Under the pieces are notes generated by a model that made no database searches, was not told where the DNA came from, and saw nothing but the letters and a program-made list of their open reading frames with translations. Shown here one piece after another: positions 20,987-30,250 of a stretch of DNA of 30,250 nt. The stretch is taken from IMG/VR virus record IMGVR_UViG_2609459863_000015. One strand, written 5' to 3'. The stretch is from a virus (taxonomy: Duplodnaviria > Heunggongvirae > Uroviricota > Caudoviricetes). A program made the translations under genes and the position numbers. Positions within the stretch are counted from its first letter, which is position 1. The number at the start of each line of letters is the position of its first letter.

Positions 20987-21730
20987 ATGACAGAGACAGA
21001 ATCAGCGATTCTGGCGCACGCCCGGCGATGTGCGCCAGCGGAGTCGTGCGGCTTCGTGGTGAGAACGCCGGAGGAGGAAAGATATTTTCCCTGCGTGAAT
21101 ATCTCCGGTGAGCCGGAGGAGTATTTCCGGATGTCGCCGGAGGACTGGCTGAGTGCAGAAATGCAGGGAGAGATTGTGGCGCTGGTCCACAGCCACCCCG
21201 GTGGTCTGCCCTGGCTGAGTGAGGCCGACCGGCGGCTGCAGGTACAGAGTGATTTGCCGTGGTGGCTGGTCTGCCGGGTGGCGATTCATAAATTCCGCTG
21301 TGTGCCGCATCTCACCGGGCGGCGCTTTGAGCACGGGGTAACGGACTGTTACACGCTGTTCCGGGACGCTTACCATCTGGCGGGAATTGAGATGCCGGAT
21401 TTTCATCGCGGGGATAACTGGTGGCGTCACGGTCAGAATCTCTATCTGGATAATCTGGAGGCCACAGGGCTGTATCAGGTGCCGTTGTCAGCGGCGCAGC
21501 CGGGCGATGTGCTGCTGTGCTGTTTTGGTTCATCGGTGCCGAATCATGCCGCCATTTACTGTGGTGATGGCGAGCTGCTGCACCATATTCCTGAACAACT
21601 GAGCAAACGAGAGAGGTATACCGACAAATGGCAGCGACGCACACACTCCCTCTGGCGTCACCGGGCATGGCGCGCATCTGCCTTTACGGGGATTTGCAAC
21701 GATTTGGCCGCCGCATCGACCTTCGTGTGA
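20987..21730 (+). CDS. K: Tail assembly protein K, full-length form (JAMM/MPN domain plus NlpC/P60-like domain)
   Basis: 247 aa. JAMM-like motif ALVHSHPGGLPWLSEAD and NlpC/P60-like catalytic Cys context HGVTDCYTLFRDAY. C-terminal part matches lambda gpK. Confidence 0.85.
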   Translation: MTETESAILAHARRCAPAESCGFVVRTPEEERYFPCVNISGEPEEYFRMSPEDWLSAEMQGEIVALVHSHPGGLPWLSEADRRLQVQSDLPWWLVCRVAIHKFRCVPHLTGRRFEHGVTDCYTLFRDAYHLAGIEMPDFHRGDNWWRHGQNLYLDNLEATGLYQVPLSAAQPGDVLLCCFGSSVPNHAAIYCGDGELLHHIPEQLSKRERYTDKWQRRTHSLWRHRAWRASAFTGICNDLAAASTFV

Positions 21731-22299
21731 AAACGGGGGCTGAAGCCATCCGCGCATTGGCCACACAGCTCCCGGTGTTTCGTCAGAAACTGAGCGACGG
21801 CTGGTATCAGGTACGGATTGCCGGGCGGGACGTCAGCACGTCCGGGTTAACGGCGCAGTTACATGAGACTCTGCCTGATGGCGCTGTGATTCATATTGTT
21901 CCCAGAGTCGCCGGGGCCAAGTCAGGTGGCGTATTCCAGATTGTCCTGGGGGCTGCCGCCATTGCCGGATCATTCTTTACCGCCGGAGCCACCCTTGCAG
22001 CATGGGGGGCAGCCATTGGGGCCGGTGGTATGACCGGCATCCTGTTTTCTCTCGGTGCCAGTATGGTGCTCGGTGGTGTGGCGCAGATGCTGGCACCGAA
22101 AGCCAGAACTCCCCGTACACAGACAACGGATAACGGCAAACAGAACACCTATTTCTCCTCACTGGATAACATGGTTGCCCAGGGCAATGTTCTGCCGGTT
22201 CTGTACGGTGAAATGCGCGTGGGGTCACGCGTGGTTTCTCAGGAGATCAGCACGGCAGACGAAGGGGACGGTGGTCAGGTTGTGGTGATTGGTCGCTGA
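21628..22299 (+). CDS. I: Tail assembly protein I
   Basis: 223 aa MAATHTLPLASPGMARICLYGDLQRFGRRIDLRVKTGAEAIRALATQLP..., Gly/Ala-rich hydrophobic central segment; lambda gpI. Overlaps the 3' end of K as in lambda. Confidence 0.88.
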   Translation: MAATHTLPLASPGMARICLYGDLQRFGRRIDLRVKTGAEAIRALATQLPVFRQKLSDGWYQVRIAGRDVSTSGLTAQLHETLPDGAVIHIVPRVAGAKSGGVFQIVLGAAAIAGSFFTAGATLAAWGAAIGAGGMTGILFSLGASMVLGGVAQMLAPKARTPRTQTTDNGKQNTYFSSLDNMVAQGNVLPVLYGEMRVGSRVVSQEISTADEGDGGQVVVIGR

Positions 22300-22319
22300 T
22301 GCAAAATGTTTTATGTGAA

Positions 22320-22341
22320 ACCGCCTCCGGGCGGTTTTATC
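22320..22341 (+). other. Stem-loop between I and J (terminator-like hairpin, weak T-tract)
   Basis: AACCGCC-TCCG-GGCGGTT followed by TTATCGTTTATGG. Confidence 0.3.
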
Positions 22342-22359
22342 GTTTATGGAGCATGACGA

Positions 22360-25300
22360 ATGGGTAAAGGCAGCAGTAAGGGGCATACCCCGCGCGAAGC
22401 GAAAGATAACCTGAAGTCCACGCAGCTGCTGAGTGTGATCGATGCCATCAGCGAAGGGCCGGTTGAAGGTCCGGTGGATGGATTAAAAAGCGTGCTGCTG
22501 AACAGTACGCCGGTGCTGGACAGTGAGGGGAATACCAATATATCCGGCGTCACGGTGGTGTTCCGGGCCGGTGAGCAGGAGCAGACACCGCCGGAGGGAT
22601 TTGAATCCTCCGGCTCCGAGACGGTGCTCGGTACAGAAGTGAAATATGACACGCCGATCACCCGGACCATCACGTCGGCAAACATTGACCGTCTGCGTTT
22701 TACTTTCGGCGTGCAGGCACTGGTGGAAACCACCTCAAAGGGGGACAGGAATCCATCGGAAGTCCGCCTGCTGGTTCAGATACAACGTAACGGTGGCTGG
22801 GTGACGGAAAAAGACATCACCATTAAGGGTAAAACCACTTCACAGTATCTGGCCTCGGTGGTGGTGGATAACCTGCCGCCGCGCCCGTTTAATATCCGGA
22901 TGCGCAGGATGACGCCGGACAGCACCACAGACCAGCTGCAGAACAAAACGCTCTGGTCGTCATACACCGAAATTATCGATGTGAAACAGTGCTACCCGAA
23001 CACGGCACTGGTCGGCGTGCAGGTGGACTCGGAGCAGTTCGGCAGCCAGCAGGTGAGCCGTAATTATCATCTGCGCGGGCGTATTCTGCAGGTGCCGTCG
23101 AATTATAACCCGCAGACGCGGCAATACAGCGGTATCTGGGACGGAACGTTTAAACCGGCATACAGCAACAACCCGGCCTGGTGTCTGTGGGATATGCTGA
23201 CCCATCCGCGCTACGGCATGGGGAAACGTCTTGGTGCGGTGGATGTGGATAAATGGGCGCTGTATCTTATCGGCCAGTACTGCGACCAGTCAGTGCCGGA
23301 CGGCTTTGGCGGCACGGAGCCGCGCATCACCTGTAATGCCTGGCTGACCACACAGCGTAAGGCGTGGGATGTGCTCAGTGATTTCTGCTCTGCGATGCGC
23401 TGTATGCCGGTATGGAACGGGCAGACGCTGACGTTCGTGCAGGACCGACCGTCGGATAAGGTGTGGACCTATAACCGCAGTAATGTGGTGATGCCGGATG
23501 ATGGTGCGCCGTTCCGCTACAGCTTCAGCGCCCTGAAGGACCGCCATAATGCCGTTGAGGTGAACTGGATTGACCCGAATAACGGCTGGGAGACGGCGAC
23601 AGAGCTTGTGGAGGACACGCAGGCCATTGCCCGTTACGGTCGTAACGTCACGAAGATGGATGCTTTTGGCTGTACCAGCCGGGGGCAGGCACACCGCGCC
23701 GGGCTGTGGCTGATTAAAACAGAACTGCTGGAAACGCAGACCGTGGACTTCAGCGTGGGTGCCGAAGGGCTTCGCCATGTACCGGGCGATGTCATTGAAA
23801 TCTGCGATGATGACTATGCCGGTATCCGCACCGGCGGGCGCGTGCTGGCGGTGAACAGCCAGACCCGGACGCTGACGCTCGACCGTGAAATCACGCTGCC
23901 ATCCTCCGGTACCACGCTGATAAGCCTGGTTGACGGAAGTGGTAATCCGGTCAGCGTGGAGGTTCAGTCCGTCACCGACGGCGTGAAGGTGAAAGTGAGC
24001 CGTGTTCCTGACGGCGTTGCTGAATACAGCGTATGGGGGCTGAAGCTGCCGACGTTGCGCCAGCGCCTGTTCCGCTGCGTGAGTATCCGTGAGAACGACG
24101 ACGGCACGTATGCCATCACCGCCGTGCAGCATGTACCGGAAAAAGAGGCCATCGTGGATAACGGGGCGCACTTTGACGGCGACCAGAGCGGCACGGTAAA
24201 TGGTGTCACGCCGCCAGCGGTGCAGCACCTGACCGCAGAAGTCACCGCAGACAGCGGGGAATACCAGGTGCTGGCGCGCTGGGACACGCCGAAGGTGGTG
24301 AAGGGCGTGAGCTTCCTGCTTCGCCTGACCGTGGCAGCGGATGACGGCCGTGAGCGGCTGGTCAGCACGGCCCGGACGACGGAAACCACTTACCGCTTCA
24401 CACAACTGGCTCTGGGGAACTACAGGCTGACAGTCCGGGCAGTAAATGCGTGGGGGCAGCAGGGCGATCCGGCGTCGGTATCGTTCCGGATTGCCGCACC
24501 GGCAGCGCCGTCGCGGATTGAGCTGACGCCGGGCTATTTTCAGATAACCGCCACGCCGCATCTTGCGGTTTATGACCCGACGGTACAGTTTGAGTTCTGG
24601 TTCTCGGAAAAACGGATTGCGGATATCAGGCAGGTTGAAACCAGCGCGCGTTATCTTGGTACGGCACTGTACTGGATAGCCGCCAGTATCAATATCAAAC
24701 CGGGCCATGATTATTATTTTTACGTTCGCAGTGTGAACACCGTTGGCAAATCGGCATTCGTGGAGGCTGTCGGTCAGCCGAGTGATGATGCATCAGGCTA
24801 TCTGGATTTTTTCAAAGGCGAGATAGGGAAAACCCATCTGGCTCAGGAGCTGTGGACGCAGATTGATAACGGTCAGCTTGCGCCTGACCTGACTGAAATC
24901 AGGACGTCCATAACGGATGTCAGCAATGAAATAACACAGACCGTCAATAAGAAACTGGAAGACCAGAGTGCAGCGATCCAGCAGATACAGAAGGTTCAGG
25001 TTGATACAAATAATAACCTGAACAGCATGTGGGCAGTGAAGCTGCAGCAGATGCAGGACGGACGCCTTTATATTGCGGGTATCGGTGCCGGTATTGAGAA
25101 CACCCCTGACGGCATGCAGAGTCAGGTGCTGCTGGCAGCAGACAGGATTGCGATGATTAATCCTGCGAATGGCAACACAAAGCCGATGTTTGTTGGTCAG
25201 GGCGATCAGATATTCATGAATGAAGTGTTCCTGAAACGCCTGACGGCCCCCACCATTACCAGCGGCGGTAATCCTCCGGCATTTTCCCTGACATCAGACG

Positions 25301-25857
25301 GGAGACTGACGGCGAAAAATGCGGATATCAGTGGCAGTGTGAATGCGAACTCAGGAACGCTCAACAATGTCACGATTAACCAGAACTGTACGATTAAGGG
25401 CATGCTGGAGGCGACCCAGGTCAGAGGAGATTTCGTTAAAGCTGTATCAAAAGCCTTCCCGAAAAAAGTCGGTACGTGGGGTAACACGGAAACACCAAAC
25501 GGTACGGTTACAGTCACCATCAGCGATGATCATAACTTTGACCGCCAGATTATTATTCCGCCCATTATTTTTAACGGTATAGCGTATGACGATCCGGGGA
25601 GCGGAAATAACCCAGGAGGCACGCGATACACGGGTTATGGTTTTGAAGTTCGCAAAAACGGCGTATTAATCGCATCCAGAGAAACTAAAGGGGCCATTCC
25701 CGGTAGTTACAGTGCAGTTATTGATATGCCGAGTGGCAGGGGAAGCGTCACTCTGGAGTTTAAGATTTTCCAGAAAGGCAATCAGGGGGCAGGCAATATC
25801 ACCGACTGTACGGTGATTGTGACCAAAAAAGCCGCTTCCGGCATCAGTATTCGTTGA
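22360..25857 (+). CDS. J: Tail tip / central tail fibre host-specificity protein J; C-terminal receptor-binding region divergent from lambda
   Basis: 1165 aa. N-terminal about 800 aa match lambda gpJ ([34 protein letters not shown]...). After ...[13 protein letters not shown] the sequence is mosaic relative to my memory of lambda J: conserved island [28 protein letters not shown]...[15 protein letters not shown], divergent distal end. Confidence 0.88.
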   Translation: MGKGSSKGHTPREAKDNLKSTQLLSVIDAISEGPVEGPVDGLKSVLLNSTPVLDSEGNTNISGVTVVFRAGEQEQTPPEGFESSGSETVLGTEVKYDTPITRTITSANIDRLRFTFGVQALVETTSKGDRNPSEVRLLVQIQRNGGWVTEKDITIKGKTTSQYLASVVVDNLPPRPFNIRMRRMTPDSTTDQLQNKTLWSSYTEIIDVKQCYPNTALVGVQVDSEQFGSQQVSRNYHLRGRILQVPSNYNPQTRQYSGIWDGTFKPAYSNNPAWCLWDMLTHPRYGMGKRLGAVDVDKWALYLIGQYCDQSVPDGFGGTEPRITCNAWLTTQRKAWDVLSDFCSAMRCMPVWNGQTLTFVQDRPSDKVWTYNRSNVVMPDDGAPFRYSFSALKDRHNAVEVNWIDPNNGWETATELVEDTQAIARYGRNVTKMDAFGCTSRGQAHRAGLWLIKTELLETQTVDFSVGAEGLRHVPGDVIEICDDDYAGIRTGGRVLAVNSQTRTLTLDREITLPSSGTTLISLVDGSGNPVSVEVQSVTDGVKVKVSRVPDGVAEYSVWGLKLPTLRQRLFRCVSIRENDDGTYAITAVQHVPEKEAIVDNGAHFDGDQSGTVNGVTPPAVQHLTAEVTADSGEYQVLARWDTPKVVKGVSFLLRLTVAADDGRERLVSTARTTETTYRFTQLALGNYRLTVRAVNAWGQQGDPASVSFRIAAPAAPSRIELTPGYFQITATPHLAVYDPTVQFEFWFSEKRIADIRQVETSARYLGTALYWIAASINIKPGHDYYFYVRSVNTVGKSAFVEAVGQPSDDASGYLDFFKGEIGKTHLAQELWTQIDNGQLAPDLTEIRTSITDVSNEITQTVNKKLEDQSAAIQQIQKVQVDTNNNLNSMWAVKLQQMQDGRLYIAGIGAGIENTPDGMQSQVLLAADRIAMINPANGNTKPMFVGQGDQIFMNEVFLKRLTAPTITSGGNPPAFSLTSDGRLTAKNADISGSVNANSGTLNNVTINQNCTIKGMLEATQVRGDFVKAVSKAFPKKVGTWGNTETPNGTVTVTISDDHNFDRQIIIPPIIFNGIAYDDPGSGNNPGGTRYTGYGFEVRKNGVLIASRETKGAIPGSYSAVIDMPSGRGSVTLEFKIFQKGNQGAGNITDCTVIVTKKAASGISIR

Positions 25858-25879
25858 AATATTTATAACCCCAATAAAG

Positions 25880-25904
25880 GGCGTCAGGAATGACGCCTTT
25901 TTTA
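25880..25904 (+). terminator. Rho-independent terminator between J and lom
   Basis: GGCGTCA-GGAA-TGACGCC followed by TTTTTTATT. Confidence 0.55.
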
Positions 25905-25927
25905 TTGCAGAAAAGCGAGAGGTAATT

Positions 25928-26527
25928 ATGCGTAAAGTTTGTGCAGCAATTTTGTCCGCAGCCATTTGTCTGGCCGTATCCGGTGCGCCTGCATGGGCGT
26001 CTGAACATCAGTCCACGCTGAGCGCGGGGTATCTTCATGCCTCGACGAACGTCCCCGGCAGTGATGATCTGAACGGGATTAACGTGAAATACCGTTATGA
26101 GTTTACGGACACACTGGGGCTGGTGACGTCATTCAGCTATGCAGGAGACAAGAATCGCCAGCTGACCCGTTACAGCGATACCCGCTGGCATGAAGATTCC
26201 GTTCGTAACCGCTGGTTCAGCGTAATGGCGGGGCCGTCTGTGCGCGTAAATGAATGGTTCAGCGCGTATGCGATGGCGGGTGTAGCTTACAGCCGTGTGT
26301 CGACTTTCTCCGGGGATTATCTTCGCGTAACTGACAACAAGGGGAAAAAGCACGATGTGCTGACCGGAAGTGATGACGGTCGCCACAGCAACACGTCTCT
26401 GGCGTGGGGGGCTGGCGTGCAGTTTAACCCGACCGAATCCGTGGCCATTGATATTGCTTATGAAGGCTCCGGCAGTGGTGACTGGCGCACTGACGGTTTC
26501 ATCGTGGGTGTCGGTTATAAATTCTGA
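25928..26527 (+). CDS. lom: Lom outer-membrane protein (Ail/Lom/PagC family), moron
   Basis: 199 aa with signal peptide MRKVCAAILSAAICLAVSGAPAWA and C-terminal ...DGFIVGVGYKF; beta-barrel OMP family, lambda lom position. Confidence 0.85.
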   Translation: MRKVCAAILSAAICLAVSGAPAWASEHQSTLSAGYLHASTNVPGSDDLNGINVKYRYEFTDTLGLVTSFSYAGDKNRQLTRYSDTRWHEDSVRNRWFSVMAGPSVRVNEWFSAYAMAGVAYSRVSTFSGDYLRVTDNKGKKHDVLTGSDDGRHSNTSLAWGAGVQFNPTESVAIDIAYEGSGSGDWRTDGFIVGVGYKF

Positions 26528-26554
26528 TTAGCCAGGTAACACAGTGTTATGACA

Positions 26555-26581
26555 GCCCGCCGGTTCAGGCGGGCTTTTTTG
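26555..26581 (+). terminator. Rho-independent terminator downstream of lom
   Basis: GCCCGCC-GGTTCA-GGCGGGC followed by TTTTTT. Confidence 0.6.
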
Positions 26582-26585
26582 TGGG

Positions 26586-29500
26586 GTGAATATGGCAGTA
26601 AAGATTTCAGGTGTACTGAAAGACGGCACAGGAAAACCGGTACAGAACTGCACAATCCAGCTGAAAGCAAAACGTAACAGCACCACGGTGGTGGTGAACA
26701 CGCTGGCCTCAGAAAATCCGGATGAAGCCGGGCGTTACAGCATGGACGTTGAGTACGGGCAGTACAGCGTTATTCTGTTGGTGGAGGGATTCCCGCCGTC
26801 ACATGCCGGGACCATCACCGTGTATGAAGATTCCCGACCCGGTACGCTGAATGATTTTCTCGGTGCCATGACGGAGGATGATGCCCGTCCTGAGGCACTG
26901 CGCCGTTTTGAACTGATGGTGGAAGAGGTGGCGCGTAACGCGTCCGCGGTGGCACAGAACACGGCAGCCGCGAAGAAGTCAGCCAGCGATGCCGGCACAT
27001 CAGCACGTGAGGCGGCAACCCATGCGACTGATGCTGCAGGCTCAGCACGCGCAGCCAGCACATCAGCCGGGCAGGCCGCGACGTCGGCTCAGTCAGCGTC
27101 TTCCAGCGCAGGAACGGCATCAACAAAGGCTACTGAAGCATCAAAAAGTGCTGCCGCTGCAGAGTCCTCAAAAAGCGCGGCAGCTACCAGTGCCGGTGCG
27201 GCGAAAACGTCAGAAACGAATGCGGCAGCGTCACAAAAATCTACAGCCACTTCTGCATCCGCAGCGACCACAAAGGCGTCAGAAGCTGCCACCTCAGCCC
27301 GGGATGCGGCGGCCTCAAAAGAGGCAGCGAAATCATCAGAAACGAACGCATCATCAAGCGCCAGTAGTGCCGCTTCCTCGGCAACGGCGGCAGGAAATTC
27401 CGCGAAGGCGGCAAAGACGTCTGAGACGAACGCCAGGTCTTCTGAAACGGCAGCGGGACAGAGTGCCTCAGCTGCGGCAGGCTCAAAAACAGCGGCTGCA
27501 TCATCTGCCAGTGCCGCCTCAACAAGTGCCGGGCAGGCCTCAGCCAGTGCCACCGCTGCCGGAAAGTCGGCAGAAAGTGCCGCCTCGTCTGCTTCAACAG
27601 CCACAACGAAGGCTGGCGAAGCCACTGAACAGGCCAGTGCAGCAGCGAGGTCTGCTTCCGCAGCGAAGACATCCGAGACGAACGCGAAAGCGTCGGAAAC
27701 CAGCGCAGAATCCTCAAAAACGGCTGCCGCATCGTCCGCCAGTTCGGCGGCTTCATCGGCATCATCGGCGTCAGCTTCAAAAGATGAGGCGACCAGACAG
27801 GCGTCAGCAGCGAAGGGCAGCGCCACGACAGCATCCACGAAGGCGACAGAGGCTGCTGGCAGTGCGACAGCGGCAGCACAGAGCAAAAGTACGGCAGAAA
27901 CCGCGGCAACGCGCGCCGAGACAGCGGCAAAACGGGCAGAGGATATTGCATCCGCCGTGGCGCTTGAGGATGCGAGCACGACGAAAAAGGGGATAGTCCA
28001 GCTCAGTAGTGCGACCAACAGCACTTCCGAGTCACAGGCGGCAACGCCAAAAGCCGTTAAGGCCGCGTATGACCTGGCTAACGGGAAATACACCGCACAG
28101 GATGCAACGACAGCACAGAAAGGGATAATCCAGTTAAGCAGCGCGACCAACAGCACGTCTGAAACGCTGGCGGCAACGCCAAAGGCAGTAAAAGCAGCCA
28201 ATGACAATGCTGAGAAACGTCTGCAGAAAGATCAGAACGGTGCGGATATCCCTGGCAAAGACACCTTTACGAAAAATATTGGTGCCTGCCGTGCCTTCGG
28301 TGGGTCAGTAAGCACAACAACAGGAAACTGGACGACTGCACAGTTTATCGAGTGGCTGGATTCTCAGGGAGCATTTAACCATCCCTACTGGATGTGCAAG
28401 GGGTCCTGGTCTTATGGCAATAATAAAATCATTACTGATACTGACTGCGGTAATATTCATCTCGCCGGAGCTGTCATTGAAGTAATGGGGATAAAGTCAG
28501 CGATGACGATCCGCATTACCACACCGACCACCTCCACTGGTGGTGGAACAACTAACGCCCAGTTTACCTATATTAATCACGGAACAGATTATTCACCTGG
28601 CTGGCGAAGGGACTATAACTCCAGAAATAAGCCAACGGCATCAGAGATCGGGGCGTTACCGTCAGGTGGAACAGCAGTATCATCAGTTAATCTGGCTTCA
28701 AAAGGTCGGGTAACCGCGCTGACAGACAATACGCAGGGGGCAGCAGGTCTTGAGTTATACGAGGTGTATAACAACGGATATCCAACAGCGTATGGAAATA
28801 TCATTCACCTGAAAGGGATGACAGCCGTTGGCGAAGGTGAGTTACTCATCGGCTGGAGGGGTACAAGCGGTGCTCATGCTCCGGCATTTATTCGTTCACG
28901 ACGGGATATGACCGACGCAAACTGGTCGCCGTGGGCGCAGCTTTACACCTCGGCTCATCCTCCTGCAGAGTTTTATCCAGTCGGTGCACCAATCCCGTGG
29001 CCATCAGATACCGTTCCGTCTGGTTATGCCCTGATGCAGGGGCAGACTTTTGACAAATCTGCTTACCCGAAACTTGCAGCCGCTTATCCGTCAGGCGTGA
29101 TCCCTGATATGCGTGGCTGGACGATTAAGGGCAAGCCCGCCAGTGGTCGTGCCGTATTGTCTCAGGAACAGGATGGCATTAAATCGCATACCCACAGCGC
29201 CAGCGCATCCAGTACGGATTTGGGGACGAAAACCACATCATCTTTTGATTACGGCACTAAATCCACGAATAACACTGGTGCACATACCCATAGTATTAGC
29301 GGGACAGCAAATAGTGCCGGTGCGCACCAACACAAGAGTTCCGGTGCATTTGGTGGCACGAACACGAGCATTTTTCCTAATGGTTATACTGCGATTTCAA
29401 ATCTAAGCGCGGGGATTATGAGCACAACAAGCGGTAGTGGCCAGACTCGTAATGCAGGGAAGACATCATCAGATGGTGCTCATACCCACTCGCTGTCCGG

Positions 29501-29666
29501 CACTGCTGCAAGCGCAGGCGCACATGCACATACTGTCGGTATTGGTGCTCATACGCACTCCGTTGCGATTGGCTCACATGGACATACCATCACCGTTAAC
29601 GCTGCGGGTAACGCGGAAAACACCGTCAAAAACATCGCATTTAACTATATTGTGAGGCTTGCATAA
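26586..29666 (+). CDS. stf: Side tail fibre protein Stf, intact, with extended Ala/Ser/Thr-rich repeat region and His-rich (HxH) C-terminal receptor-binding domain
   Basis: 1026 aa. N-terminus [39 protein letters not shown]... matches lambda Stf. Central low-complexity repeats (AAKTSETNA..., about 26940..27960), duplicated [27 protein letters not shown] fibre-repeat motifs, and GAHTHS / GAHAH / GSHGH motifs near the C-terminus. Confidence 0.85.
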   Translation: MNMAVKISGVLKDGTGKPVQNCTIQLKAKRNSTTVVVNTLASENPDEAGRYSMDVEYGQYSVILLVEGFPPSHAGTITVYEDSRPGTLNDFLGAMTEDDARPEALRRFELMVEEVARNASAVAQNTAAAKKSASDAGTSAREAATHATDAAGSARAASTSAGQAATSAQSASSSAGTASTKATEASKSAAAAESSKSAAATSAGAAKTSETNAAASQKSTATSASAATTKASEAATSARDAAASKEAAKSSETNASSSASSAASSATAAGNSAKAAKTSETNARSSETAAGQSASAAAGSKTAAASSASAASTSAGQASASATAAGKSAESAASSASTATTKAGEATEQASAAARSASAAKTSETNAKASETSAESSKTAAASSASSAASSASSASASKDEATRQASAAKGSATTASTKATEAAGSATAAAQSKSTAETAATRAETAAKRAEDIASAVALEDASTTKKGIVQLSSATNSTSESQAATPKAVKAAYDLANGKYTAQDATTAQKGIIQLSSATNSTSETLAATPKAVKAANDNAEKRLQKDQNGADIPGKDTFTKNIGACRAFGGSVSTTTGNWTTAQFIEWLDSQGAFNHPYWMCKGSWSYGNNKIITDTDCGNIHLAGAVIEVMGIKSAMTIRITTPTTSTGGGTTNAQFTYINHGTDYSPGWRRDYNSRNKPTASEIGALPSGGTAVSSVNLASKGRVTALTDNTQGAAGLELYEVYNNGYPTAYGNIIHLKGMTAVGEGELLIGWRGTSGAHAPAFIRSRRDMTDANWSPWAQLYTSAHPPAEFYPVGAPIPWPSDTVPSGYALMQGQTFDKSAYPKLAAAYPSGVIPDMRGWTIKGKPASGRAVLSQEQDGIKSHTHSASASSTDLGTKTTSSFDYGTKSTNNTGAHTHSISGTANSAGAHQHKSSGAFGGTNTSIFPNGYTAISNLSAGIMSTTSGSGQTRNAGKTSSDGAHTHSLSGTAASAGAHAHTVGIGAHTHSVAIGSHGHTITVNAAGNAENTVKNIAFNYIVRLA

Positions 29667-30250
29667 TGGCATTCAGAATGAGTGAACAACCACGGACCAT
29701 AAAAATTTATAATCTGCTGGCCGGAACTAATGAATTTATTGGTGAAGGTGATGCATATATTCCGTCTCATACAGGTCTGCCAGCAAACAGTACCGATATT
29801 GCACCGCCGGATATTCCGGCAGGCTTCGTGGCTGTTTTCAACAGTGATGAGGCATCGTGGCATCTCGTTGAAGACCATCGGGGTAAAACGGTTTATGACG
29901 TGGCTTCCGGCGACGCGTTATTTATTTCTGAACTCGGTCCGTTACCGGAAAATGTTACCTGGTTGTCGCCGGGAGGGGAATATCAGAAGTGGAACGGCAC
30001 AGCCTGGGTGAAAGATGCAGAAGCAGAAAAACTGTTCCGGATCCGGGAGGCGGAAGAAACAAAAAACAGCCTGATGCAGGTAGCCAGTGAGCATATTGCG
30101 CCGCTTCAGGATGCTGCAGATCTGGAAATTGCAACGGAGGAAGAAACCTCGTTGCTGGAAGCCTGGAAGAAGTATCGGGTGTTGCTGAACCGTGTTAATA
30201 CAACAACTGCACCGGATATTGAATGGCCAACAGTACCCATTATCGAATAG
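29666..30250 (+). CDS. tfa: Tail fibre assembly protein Tfa
   Basis: 194 aa [79 protein letters not shown]...; lambda Tfa-like. Start overlaps the stf stop (TAATG). Stop codon is at the very end of the window. Confidence 0.88.
   Translation: MAFRMSEQPRTIKIYNLLAGTNEFIGEGDAYIPSHTGLPANSTDIAPPDIPAGFVAVFNSDEASWHLVEDHRGKTVYDVASGDALFISELGPLPENVTWLSPGGEYQKWNGTAWVKDAEAEKLFRIREAEETKNSLMQVASEHIAPLQDAADLEIATEEETSLLEAWKKYRVLLNRVNTTTAPDIEWPTVPIIE

Noticed and set aside
23290-24708. Very long minus-strand ORF (472 aa) antisense to J
   Set aside because: Lies entirely inside the well-supported J coding frame. The Arg/Pro/Ala/Gly-rich composition is typical of a stop-free antisense frame in GC-rich coding sequence, and there is no RBS or homology.
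26940-27960. Tandem repeat array that might be mistaken for a CRISPR or VNTR locus
   Set aside because: The repeats are degenerate, in-frame and protein-coding (Stf shaft repeats), with no regular spacer architecture. No CRISPR array is present anywhere in the window.
26989-28207. Long ORFs on both strands (372 aa minus, 335 aa plus, 236 aa minus) within the stf repeat region
   Set aside because: Artefacts of the GC-rich Ala/Ser/Thr repeat block, which lacks stop codons in several frames. The translations are low-complexity (poly-Ala or Arg/Pro/Gln-rich), while the stf frame itself continues seamlessly from a lambda-like N-terminus to a fibre-like C-terminus.

Overview
This window is the late region of a lambdoid prophage, mosaic between a DLP12/phage-21-like regulatory and lysis arm and a lambda-like structural arm. 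From left to right: the right-hand part of an IS3-family (IS629/IS1203-like) insertion sequence that has truncated a ninE-like gene; the nin-region genes ybcO-like, rusA and ylcG-like; a Q antiterminator; an intact NmpC/Lc-type porin moron on the opposite strand with a structured 3' UTR that may encode an IpeX-like sRNA; a lysis cassette (S21-type dual-start pinholin, SAR endolysin, Rz with embedded Rz1); a KilA-N-like gene; an AT-rich minus-strand cassette of uncharacterised genes (RHH/DUF3950-like and DUF1398-like, plus a possible small ORF); a complete cos site; and then the lambda-type head and tail genes in canonical order (Nu1, A, W, B, C/Nu3, D, E, FI, FII, Z, U, V, G/G-T, H, M, L, K, I, J, lom, stf, tfa). 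All family assignments rest on reading the translated ORFs and on remembered protein and DNA sequences; no database search was run. I see no hallmark of a known multi-gene defence system; the best candidate for something uncharacterised is the AT-rich RHH/DUF1398 cassette beside cos, followed by the KilA-N-like gene, the divergent J C-terminus and the putative sRNA downstream of the porin.
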